Below are positions 39,179 through 48,162 of a stretch of 64,000 bases of DNA, piece after piece. Made by a program: the position numbers and the translations under genes. The stretch lies in IMG/VR virus record IMGVR_UViG_2920970810_000002; one strand, written 5' to 3'. The notes under the pieces were generated by a model that was given only the letters and a program-made list of their open reading frames with translations, made no database searches and was not told the origin of the DNA. Each line of letters begins with the position of its first letter. Within the stretch, counting starts at the first letter, position 1. Source of the DNA: an uncultured virus (IMG/VR IMGVR_UViG_2920970810_000002). Lineage: Duplodnaviria > Heunggongvirae > Uroviricota > Caudoviricetes.

Positions 39179-40201
39179 TCAGTTGCTCGAGAAGATGCGC
39201 ACCGCGAGCCGCGGGCGCTTGTTGACAGGCAGGATCGACGCCTCGGTCTTGACCTCGATCGCGCTGCCATCGGGCCGGGCGATCTGCCGCGCGTAGATCG
39301 GCAGGCCGACCGTGTTGACCGTCTCGATCAGGTTGGCAGGCGCACCGTAGGTGACGAAGGTGTCGAGCGTGCCAAGCGGGAAGGCGATGCCCTCGCCGGA
39401 GGGGATCAGCGTTTCCGTTGCGCCGGTCGAGAGGGTGACGGTGGCATTGTACTCCTCGAACACGATCCCGGCGAAGGGGAAGCGCCGGCGCGTGTCCTCG
39501 CGCAGCGGCTGCGCCCCGGTCGAGGAATAGTACTTGTAGGCCTCCTCGACCTTGGCGTGACCGATCAGCCTGTCGAAGAACTCAGGACTGACGAGCGCGA
39601 GCACACCGGTCATGGTCTCGCCCTTGAGCTCGGTCTCGATCTTCCTGAGCACGTCGCGCACCTTGCCCTGGACCTGGGTGCCGGCGGTGCCGAGCAGGAA
39701 GTCCGTCTCCTGCTGCGCCAGCCCGAACTCGGTGAAGTAGTTGTAGAGCGTGGTGCCGGCGCCATCCCTGACGATGCCGCGCAGCGCGTTGACCTCCATG
39801 TACTCGCGCGTCTGGGCGTGCTTGACCCGCATGCGGGTGAGCTTGCGCTCCATGACGGTGGCGAGCGGATCGGCGGCGTCGGCGACGCCGAAACCGCGCA
39901 CGCCCTGGATATCCTGCGGCGTGATCACGTCGTCGTGCGGGATCCAGGGCACCGTGAAGGAGCGCATGGAGCGCGTGTCGCGATTGGCGACGGTGGCGGG
40001 ACCGCCCAGCGGCACGGTGGGCAGGAGGTTGAGCACGCCTTCGGCCTGCTCGATGACGACGGAGCGCTGGGTGATGCCATCGAAGCGGAACAGGCCCATC
40101 TGCCCGAGCCGGGTGTAGACATTGGGCAGGATGTTGATGGCCTGGGTCATCTCGGCGAGCGAGTAGCCGCCCGCGTCGAACGGGTTGATCATGGCGACCA
40201 T
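39179..40201 (-). CDS. Major capsid protein (lambda gpE-like)
   Basis: MTQAINILPN, TREYMEVNALRG, ETVNTVGLP. Confidence 0.9.
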   Translation of the reverse strand: MVAMINPFDAGGYSLAEMTQAINILPNVYTRLGQMGLFRFDGITQRSVVIEQAEGVLNLLPTVPLGGPATVANRDTRSMRSFTVPWIPHDDVITPQDIQGVRGFGVADAADPLATVMERKLTRMRVKHAQTREYMEVNALRGIVRDGAGTTLYNYFTEFGLAQQETDFLLGTAGTQVQGKVRDVLRKIETELKGETMTGVLALVSPEFFDRLIGHAKVEEAYKYYSSTGAQPLREDTRRRFPFAGIVFEEYNATVTLSTGATETLIPSGEGIAFPLGTLDTFVTYGAPANLIETVNTVGLPIYARQIARPDGSAIEVKTEASILPVNKRPRLAVRIFSSN

Positions 40202-40234
40202 GGGGTCGGGTCTCCTTGGGCTGGAACGGGCATG

Positions 40235-40264
40235 AAAAAAGCCCCGAGGCGGAAGCCTTGGAGC
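40235..40264 (-). terminator. Terminator-like hairpin between decoration and capsid genes
   Basis: GCTCCAAGGC-TTCC-GCCTCGGGGC-TTTTTT on the - strand. Confidence 0.55.
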
Positions 40265-40295
40265 CGGTCAGAGAGTCAGAGGGGAAACGTGAAGA

Positions 40296-40685
40296 TCAGG
40301 CGGTGTCGCGCGGCACGATGCCGGCAGCGCTGAGCTCGGCGTGTTTGGCGGCCGCCTTGGCCGCGTCATCGACGGAGGCGTCGAAGACGAGCGCCGCCCT
40401 GGAAACGATCGCGGGCCCGCGGGCGATGACGAGGCCGGTCCTGTCACCGGCCGTGGCGTCGACCGCCTCGGTCAGAACGGCGCTTGCGACTTCCGCGCCC
40501 TCGTCACCGACAACCTGGGCCGCCGGCGCAAGTCGGTACTTGCCCGAAGCGGTGATCCGCCCGAGCACGGAACCGAGTGCATAGCTCGTTCCGGCCTTGA
40601 GGGTCACAGCCTCGCGGCAGTAGCTCGCATTGAGCTCATACTTGAGAAGATCGCCCAGCGTGGGCGGCATGGTCAGCGCGGGCAT
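40296..40685 (-). CDS. Head decoration protein (gpD-like)
   Basis: GDLLKYE, GSVLGRITASGKY, ARGPAIV. Confidence 0.88.
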   Translation of the reverse strand: MPALTMPPTLGDLLKYELNASYCREAVTLKAGTSYALGSVLGRITASGKYRLAPAAQVVGDEGAEVASAVLTEAVDATAGDRTGLVIARGPAIVSRAALVFDASVDDAAKAAAKHAELSAAGIVPRDTA

Positions 40686-40696
40686 GGATCACCTCC

Positions 40697-42058
40697 TCAT
40701 GCGTTGCGGTTGGTGGTCGCGGCGCGCTCTCGCGCACGGCGGACGATGGGGCTGTCGCCAGGGCCAGGCGCCTGCGGCGCCGCGACAACCACGGCGCTCG
40801 CCTTGGCACGTGCCGCGAGTGCGTCGAGCACGGAGCGGCGCAGCGCTTCGGGCCTGATTCCCCTCGCCATGGCGTCCGCCGCATCGATGGTCAGCCCAAG
40901 CCGGCCCGCCTGCGCCGCGATGGCGGCGATCTCGGCATATTCGGCCCGGAGCCGCTCGGCTGCAGTCTCAGCCGGGGCTTCGGGCGAAGCCGGTGCGGAG
41001 ACGGGAGCCGCCGGTGCAGGTTCCGGTGCCTGGCCGTCGTCCACCTGGGATTCCGGAGGATTGGAGGCGGGCGCATCCGTCTCGATGTTGGCGGCTGTAT
41101 CGTTCGCCACTTCGGTATCGGTGGTCATGTCGAGCTTGCTCCTTGGAGGTTGAACGGCAGAGGTGCGCCGCTGGGCGCCTGCCTTCGCCGGGGCGAGACC
41201 CCGGCTTCGGACCGGTCGATCGAGCGTCGCGGCGAGGTCGGCGAGGGCCTGGTCGACGCTGCCCAAGCGGTCCGCGAAACCGACGTCGATGCCGCGCCGG
41301 CCGCGATATGTAGCGGCCTGTGTTGCGCGGACCGCGTCCGGGCTCATGTTCCGGTTGCGCGCGATGAGCGCGACGAGTTCGTCATGCAGCGCATCGACAT
41401 CGGCCTGGATGTCGGCGAAGGCCTCAGGCGAGAGCGGCTCGTGGAGATTGCCATCGACCTTCTTCGCGCCCGCGTGGATGAGCGTCCACTTGAGGCCGGC
41501 CATCGCGTCGGCGGCGCTCTCGTCGACATGGATGGCGACGACGCCGACCGAACCGACCTCACCGGTGCGGGTAACGTAGAGGCGGTCCGCCACGCTGGCG
41601 ATGGCGAAGGCGGCCGACAGCGCGCTCTCGCTCGCCACCGCCCAGAGCGGCTTCTGCGCGGCTTCGCGCAGGGACACGAGGCGATCGACCAGGTCGAACA
41701 GGCCGCCGACCTCGCCGCCCGGCGAGTCGAGCTCGAGCAGCACGGCGCGGGTGGCGGGATCGGCGAAGGCCGCCGCGACGGCGCTGCCGATCGCGCCATA
41801 GTCGGTCGCGCCGAAGAGCGCCGTCAGCCAGTCGCCCCGGCCCACCAGCGGTCCGAGCACCGGCACCACGGCGATGCCGCTCTCGGTCACCGTGAAGCCA
41901 CGCGATGCCGCCCGATCGGCGTCGGGGAGGATCGGCATGATCGCGGATCGCGTATCGACGGTCAGATCGGCGGCGAGCAGTCCATCGAGCGCGCGCGGCG
42001 CGATCGCCAGCGGCTGGCCCAAGAGCCGAGCGAGATAGGACCGATGCATCATTGGCAC
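40697..42058 (-). CDS. S49 head maturation protease with scaffold-like tail
   Basis: DSPGGEV, SAAFAIAS, GSVGV; Pro/Ala-rich C-terminus. Confidence 0.9.
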   Translation of the reverse strand: MPMMHRSYLARLLGQPLAIAPRALDGLLAADLTVDTRSAIMPILPDADRAASRGFTVTESGIAVVPVLGPLVGRGDWLTALFGATDYGAIGSAVAAAFADPATRAVLLELDSPGGEVGGLFDLVDRLVSLREAAQKPLWAVASESALSAAFAIASVADRLYVTRTGEVGSVGVVAIHVDESAADAMAGLKWTLIHAGAKKVDGNLHEPLSPEAFADIQADVDALHDELVALIARNRNMSPDAVRATQAATYRGRRGIDVGFADRLGSVDQALADLAATLDRPVRSRGLAPAKAGAQRRTSAVQPPRSKLDMTTDTEVANDTAANIETDAPASNPPESQVDDGQAPEPAPAAPVSAPASPEAPAETAAERLRAEYAEIAAIAAQAGRLGLTIDAADAMARGIRPEALRRSVLDALAARAKASAVVVAAPQAPGPGDSPIVRRARERAATTNRNA

Positions 42059-42062
42059 GTCC

Positions 42063-42401
42063 TTAGGCGAGGAGCCTCGTACGGACGCGCGCGGCGATCG
42101 CGGTCATGTCGAGGCGAATTTCTGCGTCGCCGATGCGGGCGGTCAGAACATCCTGCCCCGCCGTCTCCAAGGGCGAGTGACCGATGATCGTAGCCGCACG
42201 CGACACGGGAAGCCCCAGTACCTGCAACTGTTTGATCGCAGCCAGATGGATGGCGTCCCGGAGCGTGAAGGGACGGTGAACGCCGCGCCGCGTCGGATGG
42301 ATCGGATTGACATATTGCAGATTGATCCATTTGTGGATGCACGCCGGGCTGACGCCCGTGGCCGCGCAGACCGCATCGATCGTGAACGTCCGTTCGGTCA
42401 T
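42063..42401 (-). CDS. MerR-like HTH hypothetical protein
   Basis: GAGGAGG RBS; FTIDAVCAATGVSPACIHKWI...RRGVHRPFT. Confidence 0.6.
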   Translation of the reverse strand: MTERTFTIDAVCAATGVSPACIHKWINLQYVNPIHPTRRGVHRPFTLRDAIHLAAIKQLQVLGLPVSRAATIIGHSPLETAGQDVLTARIGDAEIRLDMTAIAARVRTRLLA

Positions 42402-42411
42402 CACGACCTCC

Positions 42412-43884
42412 TCAGGTGTCGAGAGATTGCGCTTCCGTCGCGGGGACGGATTCATCCGTCCCGGACGGGTCGGTTGGGATGGACGCCTTGCCAAAGGCAA
42501 GCCCGAGCTGGCGCTCTCGCGCACGGTCCGCAGCGATCTCGGCATCGACCTGATCGGCGTCGTAGCCGCGCTCGGCGAGGGCCTGGGTGCGGCTCTTGAG
42601 CCCCGCCTCGATCTGCTCGATCTCGGCGCGGGCATCCTTCAGCGGATCGACCCAGTCCCATTTGGGCGGCAGCCACGAGCAGGCAATGTGGTCACGGCGG
42701 CGCGCCTCGTAATCGGGAAGGTCGAGAGTGCCGGCCATGACCGCCGTATCCATCCAGCGCGCCCAGACGCGCCGACAGATCTGCCAGACCATGACCGAAT
42801 GCTGATAGGCCTCGATGCGGCGGCGGAACTCGAGGAGCGCGAGGCGCGAGTTCGAGTAGTTCGCCTTCAACATGTCGTTCGACAGATATGCGTACGGAAT
42901 GCCGAGCGCCGCCGAGACCTGCAGCAGCGTGCGATACTGGAACGGCTCGTAGGTCTGGCCGACATCCGCCGGCGCCGAGGTCTGCACCTCCTCGCCCGGC
43001 TCCAGCATCACGATCTGGCCGGGCTGCAGGTCCATCGTCCGCTCGCCGCCTTCGTCGCTCTCGGCGACATCGAAGGACTCGGCCGGCGCCGGCGTGGTGA
43101 TGAAGAGCGCATGCATCGCCGCGACCTTCTTCCGGTCGAGCTCGGCGTCGTCGTACTGGTCGAGCAGGAACAGCTTCACGATGCCCGGCGCGAAGCGCGA
43201 GACGCCCCGCAGCTGCCCGGCATCGACCGGATCGATCACGTGGATGACCTCGGATGCAGGAACACGAACGGTCTCGGCCATGAGCCCCGGATCGGTCACG
43301 TCGCCCGGGTGCCGGCGCAGGAAGTGATAGGCGACGCGCCTGCCGATGCCATCGAACTCGATGCCCTGGCGGACGACATTGCCGCCGGGAAGCTGCTCGT
43401 TGCGGCTGAGCGGCAGCATCTCGGAGGGGATCATCTGCAGCTGCAGCGGCACCACGAGCCCGTCCTCGGGCCGGCGCGGACGGAAGCGGAGGAACACCTC
43501 GCCGGCGATGAACACCTCGCGCGCGGCGCGCCGTTGCAGGCCATAGAAATCGGTGAACCCCTCGGCGTCGCTGTCGTCGGTCCAGTCGAGCCAGAGGCGC
43601 TGCACGCGCGCCTTGAGTTCGGCATCGGCGATCAGGGACGACGGCTTGATGCCGTCGCCCACCACATTGCCGGCCCAGCTCTCGATCGCGTTCGCCGCAT
43701 AGCCATTGTTGCGCACCAGCCAGCGGGCGCGCGCGGTGATGTCGGCGCCGGCAGCCGCGATCAGCGTGTTGAGATGCGCCCGGCTCGGCTGGAAGTGCCG
43801 CAGCCTGCGGCTTGCCTGCCCCGCTTCGAAGCCGCCCACCAGCGCGCCGATGCGGCGGCGCCACCGTGTGATCGATTCCAGCAC
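42412..43884 (-). CDS. Portal protein (lambda family)
   Basis: RARWLVRNN, GIEFD, GQLRG, ANYSNSR, WDWVDPLKD. Confidence 0.93.
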   Translation of the reverse strand: MLESITRWRRRIGALVGGFEAGQASRRLRHFQPSRAHLNTLIAAAGADITARARWLVRNNGYAANAIESWAGNVVGDGIKPSSLIADAELKARVQRLWLDWTDDSDAEGFTDFYGLQRRAAREVFIAGEVFLRFRPRRPEDGLVVPLQLQMIPSEMLPLSRNEQLPGGNVVRQGIEFDGIGRRVAYHFLRRHPGDVTDPGLMAETVRVPASEVIHVIDPVDAGQLRGVSRFAPGIVKLFLLDQYDDAELDRKKVAAMHALFITTPAPAESFDVAESDEGGERTMDLQPGQIVMLEPGEEVQTSAPADVGQTYEPFQYRTLLQVSAALGIPYAYLSNDMLKANYSNSRLALLEFRRRIEAYQHSVMVWQICRRVWARWMDTAVMAGTLDLPDYEARRRDHIACSWLPPKWDWVDPLKDARAEIEQIEAGLKSRTQALAERGYDADQVDAEIAADRARERQLGLAFGKASIPTDPSGTDESVPATEAQSLDT

Positions 43885-43887
43885 GGG

Positions 43888-44100
43888 TCAGAGCCCCTTG
43901 GTTGCCGTCGTGCGAACGATGCGGCGGCGCGCGCCGGTCTGCGCCTCGGCGATCCGCCGTTCGAGGTCGCCGAGGGCGGAGGCCATTTCGGCATCGCTCG
44001 CATAGGTGATGCGGCGCCCCTCGATCTCGACGGTGCGCACGCCGCGCCAACGGGCGGCGAGCAGCGCATCGCGGCGCGCGATCATGTCCTCAAGCGTCAT
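43888..44100 (-). CDS. gpW-like head completion protein
   Basis: GVRTVEIEGRRITY; between terminase and portal. Confidence 0.85.
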   Translation of the reverse strand: MTLEDMIARRDALLAARWRGVRTVEIEGRRITYASDAEMASALGDLERRIAEAQTGARRRIVRTTATKGL

Positions 44101-44110
44101 GGTCCTGGTC

Positions 44111-46153
44111 TCAAACGAGATAGCTGGGCGTGATCACCCGTCGGCCGCGCCGGGCTGGCGCTCGTCGCACCAGACCCGCGGAGGCGATCCCTGGCGTGCC
44201 GGGGTGAGAACCAGCAGTCTCTGGCGCCACCGGGGCACACCGATCGAGCGAACCCACCTGGCCTTCGAGATCGCGCCACCGGGCTTCCCCCCAGCGGTCG
44301 GCGCCGGCGATCCAGGCGGCAGCGCGGGCGTAGACCCGGCAGTCGAGCGCCTCGTTCCTCTCGCGCAGCTTCTGCCATTCGAGCCGGGCAAAGCCGCGCC
44401 GGTTGCGCACCGTCACCAGCTGCTCGGCGGTGAGCTGGCGCAGCCACTCGCTCTCGATCCAGTCGGGCAGATGGATGGTGCCCGGCGGGAAGCCGGCGCC
44501 GGCCGCGCGCTCCTCGGCAGTCGGGCGCGCGAGCCGCAGGAAGCGGTAGGTCTCGGCCTTGAAGCTCGAGACCGCGACGGTCCACAGCCGCGCGCCGCGC
44601 CGCAGGCGCCGCCCGTTCTCGGTCGCATCGACATAGGTGGGCCCCGAGACCGGGCTTGCCCGGTTGAACCCCTCCACCCCCTTGACCGGCGCCACCTGCG
44701 CAAAGCCGACGCTGCGCGCCCAGGCATAGACCGCCGGGGCCTCGTAGCCCGTGTCGATCGCGAGCCGGGCGATGCGCAGCTGCGCGCCGTGCTCGTGCGG
44801 CCAGGGGCGGTCGAGGAGCGCGCTCAGCCGCTCCCAGGCTTCCTGCCGGTCCGGCCCGCCCTCGATGACGATATGATCAACGAGCCAGCTTTCGAGGCCG
44901 CGGCCCCAGGCCCAGACATCGACCTCGATGCGGTCCTTCTGCACGTCGGACCCAGCGGTCAGGAACAGCCCGCCCGCGGGCACGGTGCCGGCCGGCCAGC
45001 TTTCCCTGCGATCGTAGAGCCGCTGCCAGTCGGGCGCCTCGCCGCTCTCGACCCAGGTCTCGCCCAGCACGGTGTTGCGAAACACCTTGATCGCCTCGTC
45101 AGAGCCTTGCGCCGCCTCCCAGCTGCGCGCGATCCGCGCCCAGCTCAGCCAGCCCACCGGCGAGTAGAGCGCCGAGAGATGGTAGCCGGTCGTGGCAGGA
45201 TCGGCGGCGGTCGCGGTGGCGCGCCATTCGCCGGCTTCCAGCATCGCCGTCTTGTGGTGCTCGGCGATGGGCGCCTCGCAGCCCTCGCAGACATATTCCG
45301 CCGTCTCGGGCTGGCCCTTGTGCCAGCGCAGCCGCTCGAACTTCAGCCACTGCATCGCCCCGCAATGCGGGCAGGGCACGAAGTAGCGGCGCTGGTCGGA
45401 GGCCTCGAACTCGCGCTCGATCCGGCTCACCCCGCGGATGGTGGGCGTCGAGACCAGCAGCACCTTGCGCCGGTGGGCGAAGGTGAGCGAGCGCGCCTCG
45501 GCGAGGCTCACCGGATCGCCCTCCTCGTCGGCCGAGGCCGGATAGGCGTCGATCTCGTCGAGGAAGATGTAGCGCGCCGGCATCGAGCGCAGGCCCACGG
45601 CCGAGTTGGCCCCCGTCATGATCAGGATGCCGCCCGCGAACTCCTTGGACAGCATGGTGTTGCCGGCATCGCGGGACCGGGCAGGCTTCACCCGCTCCCG
45701 CAGCGCCGGGCTCTCGGCGATCAGCGGATCGATGCGCTGGCGCGAATGGCGCTTGGCCAGCTCCACCGTGGGCTGAACCGCGAGCATCGGCCCCGGCGCC
45801 TGGTGGATGACATAGCCGATCCAGTTGTTGCCGGCCTCGGTCGCGCCCACCTGCGCGGCCTTCATGAACACCACCCGCTGCACCGGATCGTGCGGACCGA
45901 GCCGGTCCATGATCTCGCGCATGTAGGGCGTTCTCGCCGTGCGATAGCGCCCCGGCTCGGCCGAGGCGCGCGCGGCGAGCATCCGGTGGCGATCGGCCCA
46001 GGCGGAGACCGCGAGCAGCGGATCGGGCGCGAGACCGCGTGCCCAGGCGCGCAGGATGTCAGCCGCGCCGGCGAAGGCCTCGCCCGCCGCGCGCGCCTCA
46101 GGTGAGGTCGGGGGCCCGTGGGGCGGCAAGCTCCTCGAGGTGGCTGCGGACAT
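44111..46153 (-). CDS. Terminase large subunit (gpA family); start uncertain
   Basis: RTPYMREIMD, KAAQVGATE, LDEID, STPT, CPHC, DVQKDR, NEALDC. Confidence 0.95.
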   Translation of the reverse strand: MSAATSRSLPPHGPPTSPEARAAGEAFAGAADILRAWARGLAPDPLLAVSAWADRHRMLAARASAEPGRYRTARTPYMREIMDRLGPHDPVQRVVFMKAAQVGATEAGNNWIGYVIHQAPGPMLAVQPTVELAKRHSRQRIDPLIAESPALRERVKPARSRDAGNTMLSKEFAGGILIMTGANSAVGLRSMPARYIFLDEIDAYPASADEEGDPVSLAEARSLTFAHRRKVLLVSTPTIRGVSRIEREFEASDQRRYFVPCPHCGAMQWLKFERLRWHKGQPETAEYVCEGCEAPIAEHHKTAMLEAGEWRATATAADPATTGYHLSALYSPVGWLSWARIARSWEAAQGSDEAIKVFRNTVLGETWVESGEAPDWQRLYDRRESWPAGTVPAGGLFLTAGSDVQKDRIEVDVWAWGRGLESWLVDHIVIEGGPDRQEAWERLSALLDRPWPHEHGAQLRIARLAIDTGYEAPAVYAWARSVGFAQVAPVKGVEGFNRASPVSGPTYVDATENGRRLRRGARLWTVAVSSFKAETYRFLRLARPTAEERAAGAGFPPGTIHLPDWIESEWLRQLTAEQLVTVRNRRGFARLEWQKLRERNEALDCRVYARAAAWIAGADRWGEARWRDLEGQVGSLDRCAPVAPETAGSHPGTPGIASAGLVRRAPARRGRRVITPSYLV

Positions 46154-46709
46154 GGTCCTCCAGGATTTTCTGCATCGCCGCCACCTCCACGTTCACCTCC
46201 TCGCTGCACGCGGCCGAGAGCTCGGCCGCCATCAGCGCCGCCACCCGCGCCGGCCAGGTGACCCATGCCTCGCGCTCCTCGCGCGCCAGACGGAAGACCA
46301 GCGCCTCGGCCCGGGCGCGCTCAACCAGCTCGCCCTTCAGCTTCTGCAGCCGGATGCGCCGCTCCTGGGCTTTCAGCACCTCGTTGGCGGTGCGCGCCTG
46401 GAGGAAGGTCATTGCGCTGTTCGCCGGCGGCGCGGCCAGCCCCTGCTCGCGCAGGGTCTCGCCCACGGCGGCGACGGCGGCCTCGGGCACGGGCCTGACG
46501 CGCTCTGCCGGGCCGCGGCGGGATCTGGCCGGATCGGTGGCCTCGGCGCGGCGCACATCGGAAGCGGCGGCATCGATCGAGCCGTCGGGATGCAGCACCA
46601 GCCGCCCGGCGGCGCGCGCCTTCTGCACCGCGCCGCGCGAGATCCCGGCATGCGCCGCATATTGCCGCTCGCTCATGCCCATGGGTGCGGGAGTTCCGTT
46701 GGCAGTCAT
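46098..46709 (-). CDS. Terminase small subunit-like protein
   Basis: N-terminal HTH SERQYAAHAGISRGAVQKA, coiled coil, KGELV; precedes the large subunit. Confidence 0.78.
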   Translation of the reverse strand: MTANGTPAPMGMSERQYAAHAGISRGAVQKARAAGRLVLHPDGSIDAAASDVRRAEATDPARSRRGPAERVRPVPEAAVAAVGETLREQGLAAPPANSAMTFLQARTANEVLKAQERRIRLQKLKGELVERARAEALVFRLAREEREAWVTWPARVAALMAAELSAACSEEVNVEVAAMQKILEDHVRSHLEELAAPRAPDLT

Positions 46710-46966
46710 GTCGCCGACCGATCAGGCCTTGCCGATCCTTGCCCCAGCGCCTGGCGCTCGCGCAGCTGCTCGAACAGCCGCCGCAGCGCATAGGAGCGCG
46801 CAAGGCTCACCAGCGTGAACATGGCGCCGATCATCAGGTTCTGCGCCAGCGTCGCATACAGGCCGAAGATCGGAAAGATCAGGACCTGCGTGACGACCGC
46901 GACGCCGTAGCCGACGGCGACGTTGGCAAGGGACTCGACCAGCGACATGAGGCGGGATTGCTTCAT
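46706..46966 (-). CDS. Small membrane protein
   Basis: MKQSRLMSLVESLANV...RSYALRRLF; two TM helices. Confidence 0.8.
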   Translation of the reverse strand: MKQSRLMSLVESLANVAVGYGVAVVTQVLIFPIFGLYATLAQNLMIGAMFTLVSLARSYALRRLFEQLRERQALGQGSARPDRSAT

Positions 46967-48162
46967 GCCTCTGCCTCATCCATCGCCCAGCAGTTCAGCC
47001 GCCAGAGTTCGCAGCGCATGCGCTGCAACCAGCGGGACCACGCCATTGCCACAGAGCCGAAGCCGGTCCACCCGGTGGGCCAGCCCATCAGCGCCTCGAC
47101 GAACAGCGGGTTCAAGGTCCGGGGCGATGGCGAGATATCGCGCCCAGCCATCGACGTCACCAGGACCTGGCGGCCAAGCAGGCCGTTCACCGGTGTGTTC
47201 GCCAATGTCGTCGCCCCATCCTTGTGATCCCGCGCCGTCGGCGTCATCCACATCCCCGCCGCATGGGTCAGGTCGGCACTCCTGCGGTTGCCCGCGCTCG
47301 GCTTGCAGCCGTCGTTCGCCATCGGCGTCGGCCAATCCCGCGCCATCCGGTCCAGACCCTTCTCGTCCTTCCTTTCCCCACCTCGGCTGCGAAAGCTGTC
47401 GGTCTGCGGCGTCGGCCACAACGCGGCCGTCGTCGCGAGGTTCATGCCGTGCTGCCCCGCTGCCTGCGAGGGCGTCGGCTTCGTCTGCCGGTTTTCGTTG
47501 GCGCTGGCGCGGGGCGTCGGCCAGAGCCGCAGCAGTTCCGTCCGGTTCCCGCCACTCGACCGGGTTCCAGAGCAGGCGCGCGGGGTCGGCCAGCTCGTCC
47601 CCCTCGCGAATGGCGAGGATGAACAGACGCTCGCGTTTGTGGGGAGCGCCGACTTCCGCCGCTGTGAAGAGGCCCGCCGCAAGGCGGTAGCCCATGCCGA
47701 CCAGTCCTGCGGCGACTTCGGGGAAACCGAGGCGGAGATGATGGGCGACATTTTCGAGGAAGACGAAGGGCGGCTCGACCTCGCCGATGATACGGGCGAC
47801 ATGAGGCCAGAGGTGGCGTGGGTCGTCGGCACCCCGGCGCTTGCCCGCGACGGAGAACGGCTGGCACGGATAGCCCGCAGTGACGATGTCCACCGCGCCG
47901 CGCCACGGGCGGCCGTCGAAGGTGCCAACATCGTCCCAGACAACAGCCTGATCCAGGGACGCGTCTTCCATCCGCGCCACGAGAGTGGCTGCGGCGTAGG
48001 TTTCCCGTTCGACATGGCCCACAGCACGATATCCGGGGATGGCGATGGCGAGCCCAAGGTCGAGACCGCCTGCGCCGGAGCAGAGGGAGAGGCCGAACAG
48101 GCACGCATCTCCCGCTCCGGAATCGTCTCCGGAGGAAGGTAAAGCCAAGTCATGCATGTCAC
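46963..48162 (-). CDS. Overlapping alternative-frame ORF, putative methyltransferase beta subunit
   Basis: Repeated WPTP units and LNPLFVEALMGWPTGWT (motif IX-like); ATGA-type overlaps with both neighbours. Confidence 0.6.
   Translation of the reverse strand: MTCMTWLYLPPETIPEREMRACSASPSAPAQAVSTLGSPSPSPDIVLWAMSNGKPTPQPLSWRGWKTRPWIRLLSGTMLAPSTAARGAARWTSSLRAIRASRSPSRASAGVPTTHATSGLMSPVSSARSSRPSSSSKMSPIISASVSPKSPQDWSAWATALRRASSQRRKSALPTNASVCSSSPFARGTSWPTPRACSGTRSSGGNRTELLRLWPTPRASANENRQTKPTPSQAAGQHGMNLATTAALWPTPQTDSFRSRGGERKDEKGLDRMARDWPTPMANDGCKPSAGNRRSADLTHAAGMWMTPTARDHKDGATTLANTPVNGLLGRQVLVTSMAGRDISPSPRTLNPLFVEALMGWPTGWTGFGSVAMAWSRWLQRMRCELWRLNCWAMDEAEA
46976..48157 (-). CDS. C5 cytosine DNA methyltransferase, main frame
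   Basis: SLCSGAGGL (I), GYPCQPFS (IV), ENV (VI), HKRERLF (VIII), RLRLCGNGVV (X). Confidence 0.88.
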   Translation of the reverse strand: MHDLALPSSGDDSGAGDACLFGLSLCSGAGGLDLGLAIAIPGYRAVGHVERETYAAATLVARMEDASLDQAVVWDDVGTFDGRPWRGAVDIVTAGYPCQPFSVAGKRRGADDPRHLWPHVARIIGEVEPPFVFLENVAHHLRLGFPEVAAGLVGMGYRLAAGLFTAAEVGAPHKRERLFILAIREGDELADPARLLWNPVEWREPDGTAAALADAPRQRQRKPADEADALAGSGAARHEPRDDGRVVADAADRQLSQPRWGKEGREGSGPDGAGLADADGERRLQAERGQPQECRPDPCGGDVDDADGAGSQGWGDDIGEHTGERPAWPPGPGDVDGWARYLAIAPDLEPAVRRGADGLAHRVDRLRLCGNGVVPLVAAHALRTLAAELLGDG

